From the NCBI RefSeq assembly GCF_006345805.1, contig NW_021824611.1, positions 1-18,287 of the forward strand: a DNA stretch of 18,287 bases. The letters run 5' to 3'. Below, in pieces: positions 9,265 through 18,205 of this stretch. This stretch comes from Octopus sinensis (taxonomy: Eukaryota). Made by a program: the position numbers and the translations under genes. The notes under the pieces were generated by a model, which searched no databases, was not told where the DNA came from, and was given only the letters and a program-made list of their open reading frames with translations. How positions within the stretch are numbered: position 1 is the stretch's first letter; each line of letters starts with the position of its first letter.

Positions 9265-9599
9265 TTATATATATTATATATAGGTATTATATATATATAT
9301 ACATATATAATAATTACATATATATATATATAAATATAGATATATATATATATTTTATATATATATATATATAGGTATAATATATATATATACATTATAC
9401 ATACTTACATATATATTATATATATATATATATATATAATATAATCTTAATGTGTACATTCTCTCTCATTCTCTGTATACATATGTGTGTCTATATTAAA
9501 TACATATACACACATATATATACACATACATGTACGAGCATACACGCATATATACATACATACCTACACGTATTATTTTGCTATAAATTCATATATATA

Positions 9600-9725
9600 T
9601 ATATGTATATATATGTGTGCGTGTGCGTGCGCGTGTGCGTGCGTGTGTGCGTGCGCGTGTGCGTGCGCGTGTGTGTGTGTGTGTCTACGCATCTACGTAC
9701 AAATATGTGTTCACGCGCGTGTGTG
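9600..9725. repeat. (GT)/(GC) alternating purine-pyrimidine microsatellite
   Basis: GTGTGCGTGTGCGTGCGCGTGTGCG... directly visible. Confidence 0.9.
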
Positions 9726-9760
9726 TGCTTATATGTAATGTCGTTGTCCTCTACTTTTCA

Positions 9761-9810
9761 TGGCGTTAGGCTCACGATGAGGAGGCCGTGGTTTCGATCT
9801 TGTGGATCAA
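9761..9810 (+). mobile_element. Possible decayed head of SINE family 3
   Basis: AGGCTCACGATGAGGAGGCCGTGGTTTCGAT matches AGACTCACGGTCGTAGGATCGCGGTTTCGAT (16891-16921) at 21 of 31 positions by manual alignment. Confidence 0.35.
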
Positions 9811-10225
9811 CACGCGCGCGTGTGTGTGTGCATGGCTGCACTTCATAAGACAATTTTATACCAATGATGAATACATAATATAAAACTACATTCATATATT
9901 GTATAAAATATTTACTAAATATGTATATATAATTTTCATTCGAGCCGATTTATTTACAGTTAAAACAAAAAAAAGGCGTATCATAAATTGGACTCATATT
10001 CTTATTATACAAACATATCAATGTACTTCTTAAGGAATAAGAAGTATGCGCTCTACGGAATGTGTGTGTGTGTGTGTGTTTATATAATAATAATAATGAT
10101 GTGCAAAACCAAATATATGACACCCTAGGCATAACCCCAGCATGGAATTACAAATTGTTGTCATTTGCGGTCTCTGGGTGAGACTTAGAGCCAACTTGTA
10201 CAAAAAAAAAAGCAAAAGTCAAACA

Positions 10226-10233
10226 AATAATGA

Positions 10234-10265
<32 letters not shown>

Positions 10266-10353
10266 TAATAATACTAACAATAATAATAATAATAAATAAT
10301 AATGATGATAATAATACTAATAATAATAATAAATAATAATAATAATAATAATG

Positions 10354-10390
<37 letters not shown>

Positions 10391-10401
10391 TGATAATAAT
10401 A

Positions 10402-10471
<70 letters not shown>

Positions 10472-10572
10472 TAATAATAATAATAATGACAATTTAAAAA
10501 AAATTAAAATGATGATGATGATGATGATGATGAGGATGATGATGATGATGATGATAACAATAATAAGTGATT
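10226..10572. repeat. Long (AAT)n tract grading into (GAT)n
   Basis: Directly visible; source of the poly-N, poly-L and poly-I ORFs. Confidence 0.97.
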
Positions 10573-10793
10573 AAGTAAACAGTGTATGAATTTAGTAACT
10601 AGTCTTCATTTTGTACGACACCAGGTAGCCTAAATTTTGTCTCAGTTCTTTAGTCAACACATCAACACATTAATTGCCATATACTCATTAGTCCAAAATA
10701 TTACATACATACATGCAGACATGCATACATACATACATAGACACACACACACTTATATATATGTATATATATATATGTGTGTGTGTGTGTGTA

Positions 10794-10835
<42 letters not shown>

Positions 10836-10850
10836 GTGAGTGTGTGTATG

Positions 10851-11005
10851 GAGGATTGTTTCAGTTTCTGTATTCCTGATTGACTTAGCAGTTTTTTGTG
10901 GACCCGAGTAATAGTCAAATGTTCTAGGTGCCACGCAGTGGGACTGAACCCAGAACCATGTGGTAGGAAAGCAAATATGTCAGCAACTACCACGCTTGTT
11001 CCTGT
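10851..11005 (-). mobile_element. SINE family 2, 5' half
   Basis: GGTGCCACGCAGTGGGACTGAACCCAGAACCATGTGG is the reverse complement of the family 2 head (B box GGTTCAGTCC at 10950-10941); TTTCAGTTTCTG corresponds to GGAAACCGAAGG at ~5919-5930. Confidence 0.8.
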
Positions 11006-11080
11006 ATACATATATGAGTGTATGTGTGTATGTATGCATGCATGTATGTATGTATGTGTATGTATGCATGCATGTATGTA

Positions 11081-11123
<43 letters not shown>

Positions 11124-11499
11124 CATACATACATACATACATACATGCATACATACATACATACATACATGCATATATACATATATACATGCATATATAT
11201 ATATATATATTATAATCACTGTGAAGTCTGCTGAGAATTTAACCTAGAAATGTAAGTAGAAAATGAAATGAAATAGACATTTAAATATTTAATTATGCAA
11301 CTACTACAACACACCATGTGTGTTAAATCGACATCAACATGGTAACGGTAATAATTCTCTCAATATAAATTTATATTCGGTGTTCCAGTATCTTCTGGCA
11401 CCTTCATCTACTAATTTTAAACCTATGGACATCAAGGACGCTCTAAAGAAATATAAAATTAATCCTAGGACGTGAACTTTTCCTAATTTTATTTTGCTA

Positions 11500-11556
11500 A
11501 ACACCCAGAAAGACGAAAGGAGATACTGTTTGAAGCTCGATTTGTACTCAGAATAT
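11500..11556 (-). mobile_element. Highly decayed SINE family 1 fragment
   Basis: ACCCAGAAAGACGAAAGG...GATTTGTACTCAGAAT resembles ACCCCGAAAGGATGAAAGG...AATTTGAACTCAGAAC. Confidence 0.45.
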
Positions 11557-12024
11557 TACCTAATGTAATTAACACATTTGTCCAAAGCCCTGACAATTTT
11601 GCTAGAGCAATAAACGTGTTTTCAGTTAATTTATAGAATTCTGTGTTCTTTTATAGAACTTTCAAATTAGTTTTATTTTTTACCCATCGCTGCCACGATT
11701 CTGCTGCAGCATCGAGTCCGTATGTCTATGAGTCATTTTGAGTATGTGGGAGTCAGTTGTCAGTTTATACGCGTGTACATGTAAGTTTCAACATAAATAT
11801 ATACATACGTACGATCATGCAATATGCAGATTCATACACTTACATACATATATCTATAAGTATATATATATATGTATGTGTATACATATATTCATACACC
11901 CACAACCAAACGTAAATACATAAATACATGCATGGTGTCTGCTTGCGCAAACACACACATACGCACACCCACACCCACACATACACATATATCTAAATCT
12001 TTTTTATTTAACTCATATATTTTG

Positions 12025-12077
12025 ATTTACATTTATATATATATAATATATAATATATATATACATATATATATACG

Positions 12078-12155
<78 letters not shown>

Positions 12156-12171
12156 CTATATATATATATAT

Positions 12172-12210
<39 letters not shown>
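12025..12210. repeat. (TA)n tract
   Basis: Directly visible. Confidence 0.95.
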
Positions 12211-12211
<1 letters not shown>

Positions 12212-12940
12212 TGTAGATACTTGCAAAGAAACATTCACACAATGTGTGTATTTGAGAGTATGCATATACGTACATTTATATTTATGTATAAATAAATTGA
12301 TATACATATATAGGTATGTATATATGGACATACATACAAACATTCATACATACACATACATAGATGCACTAGTATGTGCATAGAGCTACTTATCTGTTAA
12401 TAAACAGGCAGTTTTCACACACGCACACACACACTGATTTGTATACATAATTATATCTGTATATACACAATATACACATATACATATATACACACACACA
12501 TGTATATATATATATAGATACGTACACAAACATGTGTATAGGTGGACGCCATGTGCAGGGATTTACGTAAACACTGGTTTGACAAGCAATCTAGACATAG
12601 TCGTAAGTAAACGTCGGATTAATGGAGACCGTTGACAACTGCACTGTCTCAGACATTTCTCAGACAACTGCTATATTCAACGTATGCACCTGCTTATGTG
12701 GCACCACTATACTTTCCAAAATCTAGCGCTTCTATCCGCTTCTCTTCCTCTGTTTCTCTGCTGCACATTCTGCTTCTCTTTTTGTTTGAATTTAATCTTG
12801 TACCTTTTTTTTTTCACATTTAATTCATGTTTTTTTTATTTTTTTTTTACCTTTAACTTCTGTCTGTGTCTATCTAAAGCAGTGTCTCTGTGTTGTCTAC
12901 TCTCTCTTAATCAGTATATTTTATTAGTTTTAAAACGTGG

Positions 12941-12972
<32 letters not shown>

Positions 12973-13002
12973 GTATATATCTATATAAGATATAGATATA
13001 TA

Positions 13003-13169
13003 CAGGTACAGGGATACACGTATTTAGAATTGAATTTATATACTAAAAGTATATATATATATATACGTATAATATATATGTATATAATATATATATATAT
13101 ATATATAATATGCATATATACAGGTACAGAGATACACATACTAAAGAATTGGATTTATATATTAAATTG

Positions 13170-13170
<1 letters not shown>
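13003..13170 (+). repeat. Diverged direct duplication of a ~50-bp non-microsatellite core (period 118 bp) separated by (TA)n
   Basis: CAGGTACAGGGATACACGTATTTAGAATTGAATTTATATACTAAAAGT (from 13003) versus CAGGTACAGAGATACACATACTAAAGAATTGGATTTATATATTAAATTGT (from 13121). Confidence 0.85.
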
Positions 13171-13200
<30 letters not shown>

Positions 13201-13298
13201 TATATATACATACATTTATTTTTTTAAATATATTCACGTCTGTCTGTCTATTTATCTACATATATTGCATACAAATACTTGTTTGTTTGTTGTATGTA

Positions 13299-13331
<33 letters not shown>

Positions 13332-13483
13332 GATGCACAATATATATATATATATATGCACACACAAACACCACACACACATATATATGTATATATTTGC
13401 GTATATACGTATATATATATGGATATAAATATGTAACTGTATATGTATGAATATATATATATACGTGCGTTTATGTATGTGCA

Positions 13484-13686
13484 TTATAGTTACAAGGCCT
13501 GAAATTTTCGGGGAGGGGTAGGTCGATTACATCACCATCCTCATGTGCGTAACTGGTACTTATTTCATCGACCTCGAAAATATAAAACTCAAGGGCGCTC
13601 CTGGCAGAATTTGAACTCAGAACGTAAGGATGGATGAAATAATGCGATGCATTTTGTCCGGCGAAAGGAACATGAATGTCGCCTTT
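13484..13686 (-). mobile_element. SINE family 1, decayed
   Basis: ACAAGGCCTGAAATTTTCGGGG...GTCGATTACATC...AACTGGTACTTATTTCATCGACC...GAATTTGAACTCAGAACGTAAG...GCATTTTGTCCGGCG. Confidence 0.85.
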
Positions 13687-13754
13687 CGTATCCTTTACTA
13701 TCTACCATTTCATATTTATATATCTCTCTCTCTATGTCTCTCCCCTTCTCTCAG

Positions 13755-13803
13755 TGTATATACACACACACATACATACATACATACATACATACATCAT
13801 ACA

Positions 13804-13851
<48 letters not shown>

Positions 13852-14439
13852 ATAAATGCGTATGAGCGTGTGAGCTTGTGTATACATAACATAATACACA
13901 CACACGCATATATATATATATGTTTGTGTGTGGGTATAAATATTTATATATATATATATACATGTATATGTATATATATATACATATATGTATATATATA
14001 TATATAATGTATATACATAAATATATATACATATATATATGTATATACACATATGTATGTGTATGCATATATATGTATATATGTATGTGTATATATATAT
14101 GTGCATATATATGTGTGTATATATGTACATATATATGAGTGTGTGTATATATATTTACATATATATGTACATATATTTATGCACATATATATACACATAC
14201 ATATACATATACACATTTATATATACATATACATACACTCATATATATAAACATATATATATACACACATATATACATACTCATATATATTATACACATA
14301 TATACATATGTATATACATATATATATACATATATATGAATATATATACATATAGATGTATATATATATACATATATACAAATATATATCTATATATCTA
14401 TATATACATATACATATACACATATTCATATATATACAT

Positions 14440-14481
<42 letters not shown>

Positions 14482-14580
14482 CATATATACATACATATAC
14501 ATGCATATAGATATACTATAATATATATATAATATATATATATATAATATCATATATATAAACATTTATACATATATATA
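13755..14580. repeat. ~830-bp degenerate TA/TACA/TATG low-complexity tract
   Basis: Directly visible; source of many YI-rich ORFs. Confidence 0.95.
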
Positions 14581-14908
14581 TATACTGTTGTGTGTGGGTA
14601 GAGTATTCTCTTGCGGTGCCTTATAATTTAACACACTCACCAGTAAAATTTTCACTTATTTCTTTTCATTATTTTTATAAAATTTTCGTGCAACTTGCAG
14701 CCTTTTCAAAAGTTTCGAGTCGAAATTATTGAAAAGGTTGCAAGACGCAACGAAATTTTTAGAAAAATTATAAAACAATAGGCGAAAATTTTATACGTGA
14801 GTGTGTTAAATTATAAGGCACCAAAAGAGAATAGTCTACCCAGACACAACAGAATATGCTTCAACACACTAACGCACATAAAGAATCTTGCAAATCAAAT
14901 CCAAAAAA

Positions 14909-14909
<1 letters not shown>
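14580..14909 (+). mobile_element. Large fold-back element: ~134-bp-arm palindrome plus ~55-bp unpaired right extension, embedded in (TA)n
   Basis: 14585-14718 and 14720-14852 are reverse complements about the apex TTTCGA-G-TCGAAA (14713-14725). The outer 56 bp match at 52 of 56 positions; the inner parts are more diverged. Confidence 0.85.
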
Positions 14910-14958
<49 letters not shown>

Positions 14959-14980
14959 TATATATAATATATATATAATA

Positions 14981-15119
14981 TACCGGAGTAAACACATAAA
15001 TGTGAAACAAGGTGGAAAAAAGAGTACTCAAATACCAGTGGTAGAGTAATATGCTTTATTTAAGCAGCAGAATTTTGTTGAATTTTGTTGAATTCTCTGC
15101 TGCTTAAAATAAAGTATAT
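14981..15119 (-). mobile_element. TA-anchored fold-back element (copy 2 of the 9062 family)
   Basis: Shares the left boundary (TA)n|CCGGAGTAA and the first ~90 bp with 9062. Arms 15049-15074 and 15091-15119 are near reverse complements. Confidence 0.7.
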
Positions 15120-15149
15120 ATACATATATATATAATATATATATATATA

Positions 15150-15368
15150 CATATTATGCGGAAAAATCCCTGGAGAAGGACATCATGGTCAGGGGCAAGA
15201 GAGGGAGAGGCCGACCCAGAACCCGTTGGCTTGACAACATCAAGAGTGATACAGGAATGGACATAGCCAATCTGAAGAAGCGGCCCAGGATAGAACTGAC
15301 TGGAGGACACTGATCCAACGAGTAACCCAGAGTCGACTTCGACTGAGCGGATAGATAGATAGATAGAT
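15150..15368 (+). mobile_element. 3' terminus of an RTE-clade (BovB-like) LINE with (GATA)n tail
   Basis: HIMR/KSLEKDIMVRGKRGRGRPRTRWLDNIKSDTGMDIANLK/AAQDRTDWRTLIQRVTQSRLRLSG* (two 1-nt frameshifts; stop at 15352-15354). This matches the typical RTE C-terminus (LEK...G.R.RGR...RW.D.I...DR..WR......SR.RL). It is followed directly by ATAGATAGATAGATAGAT. Confidence 0.9.
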
Positions 15369-16499
15369 ATACATACAGAGATTTATATAGTTGATAGCCT
15401 TGAAATATTGAAATATGAATAGATGGAATTAACAGATTTTATTAGACATTATTACAAGTGATTCTGCGCATCATTATCATCTGGTAATTGTTGAATTTTA
15501 CATATATTACATTCATTATTGCATTAATATGATCCAACCATATCTTCTTACGGGTACATCCACATTTTTTTATAAACAATGTTAATTTTTTCAATCTTAA
15601 TATCAAAGCCAAAACGGGTACAATAGTAATTATTATTTTTATATTTGTAAATTAATTAATTCGGATTAATCCAATAATGGTAAATAATGCTTCAAATCTC
15701 TTCAAGAATGTTTCTACACACGTTTGATTAGAAAATGAAGCTGTTCAGACGGATGTGCAGAGCGCTTTTATGCCCCAACAAAATGAACCATGGGTATAAG
15801 CGTCTTCTTGCAACCCTTGTTTCTAAGACATTATTATTTATTTTTGCAACATATCATGTTTGTTTTCGTTTGTTACAATGCGCTTCGTGTTTTGTTTGTA
15901 GTGAAACGCACACACTTATTTATATATCTTTAAACATATATGTATGCGTATGCAAGTGTGTGTCATTGCTTGTATTAGTGATAGTGAGTGTATGTATGTG
16001 GTGTGTGTGGTGTGTGTATGTGTGTGCATGGTTCTGTGTGTGTGTGTGTGTGTGTATGATCCGAGAGTTCTAGAATTGTACGAAAGTGTTTCCGTACCAA
16101 GTGATCTCAAACCTCATTGAAAAAAATGTTGATGATCAAAATAGAAATATATCAGTAAATAGTGTTGAAAATTTAATGATATAGCACGTCAGAGAAAATT
16201 TGGCCATAGATCACGATGACCAGTAGCTAATTAAGCGACATAACTAAACTTATAAAATCGGTAATGAAATAAACTATAAAGATGGCTTTCTAAAAAAGTG
16301 ATAAATATTTAAAGAGTTTGCTAGAAATCATAATGTTCAAAAAGTTTTGCTTTCAAAAGGACGCTCCAGATACAAAAGGTATATCAGCCTGTTGAATTTG
16401 TAATTATGTGAAATATAGAGCATTTGATCCTATTTTAGACATACGGATCACACACCATAATTATCGCAATTCTTACTATTGCACAGTTTTTACTTGCAG

Positions 16500-16579
16500 G
16501 TGACTATCTTAGAAATGATCGTTCAAGTTGGGCATCTGCCATATCAGTTACGCAAGAAGTTCATGCGGCCAACTTTTGA
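16500..16579 (+). CDS. Candidate exon after a strong acceptor (phase 1: GDYLRNDRSSWASAISVTQEVHAANF*; phase 0 stays open to ~16649)
   Basis: Acceptor TTCTTACTATTGCACAGTTTTTACTTGCAG|G. GC drops after TGA 16577-16579 and AATAAA occurs at ~16686. Product not recognised. Confidence 0.25.
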
Positions 16580-16859
16580 CTCGTTAAAAACAATTGTTAA
16601 TTCATATATGTCAACATTTAACTTTCCGTTATTCAAAAAGCATAGGTGAAAACATATTAAGAAGGTACTGGAATGCTGGGCCTGAAATAAATTATCTTCC
16701 TGTTTAAACCGTTTCTCTTCCATTATTCGTCTTGCAAATTTGGTAGAATAATTAAGTTACGTTTTGAGTTCAAGACCCATCGAGGTCAATAAGCATTTAC
16801 ATCAAGGAGAACTGGCAATGCATTTCATCACATTACACAACGTTAATGTTTGATAATGA

Positions 16860-17245
16860 GGAGGCGCAATGGCCCAGTGGTTAGGGCAGCAGACTCACGG
16901 TCGTAGGATCGCGGTTTCGATTCCCAGACCGGGCGTTGTGAGTGTTTATTGAGCGAAAACACCTAAAGGTCCACGAGGCTCCGGCAGAGATGGTGGTGAT
17001 CCCTGCTGTACTCTTTCGCCTCAACTTTCTCTCACTCTTACTTCCTGTTTCTGTTGTACCTGTATTTCAAAGGGACGGCCTTGTCACTCTCTGTGTTACG
17101 CTGAATATCCCCGAGAACTGCGTTAAGGGTACACGTGTCTGTGGAGTGCTCAGCCACTTACACGTTAATTTCACGAGTAGGCTGTTCCGTTGATCGGATC
17201 AACCGGAACCCTCGTCGTCGTAACCGATGGAGTGCTTCCATAAGA
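16860..17245 (+). mobile_element. Full-length tRNA-headed SINE, family 3, with 10-bp target-site duplication
   Basis: A box TGGCCCAGTGG (16870-16880), D-stem GCCC/GGGC, B-box-like GGTTTCGATTCC (16913-16924) and a GC-rich body. TTGATAATGA flanks both ends (16850-16859 and 17246-17255). Confidence 0.9.
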
Positions 17246-17559
17246 TTGATAATGAATCAATACCTATAACTAAGGACAACGTTAAAACGGACACACGATC
17301 TACATAAACAAGCCACAAATAAAAATGTATTCCCTTGTGTCATTGTGGTGTTGACATTATTGAAGTACTGGAGTGAATGTGATCAACAGGCATTGGTGTG
17401 CCTTCCGGATGTGTTTAAGCAAGAGGCAACAACCGAGAACCCCGGATGTCTCTTCTTCCAACTGTTCGTACTTTAATTACAGATGAATAGGTAAACCAAA
17501 GCGGTCTAAATATTCTGGTTAGGAGCAATAACTTCAGGCATTATTAGTTTTGTCATTTA

Positions 17560-17738
17560 AGGTTTCTAGCCGAGATAATCGTTAGCACGCCGGACACAAT
17601 GTTTAGCTGCATTTACTCTGTCTTCATGTTCTAAGTTCAAATGCCGTCGTGGCAGAACCGATAAAATAGGTATCAGTCAAGTGCTGGGATCGATGTAATC
17701 GATTAGCCCCTCCCCCATAATTTTATACTTGTTGCCGT
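17560..17738 (+). mobile_element. SINE family 1, decayed with internal deletion
   Basis: AATCGTTAGCACGCCGGACACAATGTTTAGC...AAGTTCAAATGCCG...CGATAAAATAGGTATCAG...GATCGATGTAATCGATTAGCCCCTCCCCC; lacks the CTTTGCCTTTCATCCTTTCGGGGT segment. Confidence 0.8.
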
Positions 17739-17795
17739 ATTTTGCTCGCTTCTCAGTGAATGTTAATTTCATGTCCGTAACTGTAGCTATAGTGT

Positions 17796-18205
17796 ATCCT
17801 ATTTCTTTATTAGCTAAACATAGAGGGGACAAACAAGAACAGACAAAGGGATTAAGTCGATTACATCGACACCAGTATGTAAATGGTACTTAATTTATCG
17901 ACCCCGAAAGGATGAAAGGCAAAGTCGACCTCGGCGGAATTTGAACTCTGAACGTAACGGCAGACGAAATACCTATTTCTTTACTACCTACAAGGGGCTA
18001 AACACAGAGAGGACCAACAAGGACAGACAAAGGGATTAAGTCGATTACATCGACCCCAGTTCGTAACTGGTACTTAATTTATCGACCCCGAAAGGATGAA
18101 AGGCAAAGTCGATCTCGGCGGAATTTGAACTCACAACGTAACGGCAGACGAAATACGGCTAAGCATTTCGCCCGGCATGCTAACGTTTCTGCCAGCTCGC
18201 CGCTT
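17796..18205 (-). mobile_element. SINE family 1, young head-to-tail dimer with 13-bp TSD
   Basis: One full copy (18205-17972; A-box-like CTGGCAGAAACG, B box GAGTTCAAATTCC) followed by a second unit (17972-17798) that restarts between the A and B boxes. GTAGCTATAGTGT flanks the pair at 17783-17795 and 18209-18221. Confidence 0.92.

Noticed and set aside
11293-11475. Open frame ...YLLAPSSTNFKPMDIKDALKKYKINPRT*
   Set aside because: No recognisable homology, no start context and a weak acceptor.
1-16110. Dozens of ORFs rich in YI/CV/TH/MYVC/poly-N/poly-L
   Set aside because: They are translations of TA, CA, TATG and AAT microsatellites, which lack stops in some frames; they show no protein-like complexity.
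16860-16935. tRNA gene
   Set aside because: The D arm and A/B boxes are present, but the acceptor and T stems do not pair. The sequence continues into a SINE body bounded by a TSD.
16942-17193. 83-aa ORF MFIERKHLKV...
   Set aside because: It lies entirely within the family 3 SINE body.
17355-17480. Short open frame ...KYWSECDQQALVCLPDVFKQEATTENPG...
   Set aside because: About 40 codons, no clear donor site and no recognisable homology.
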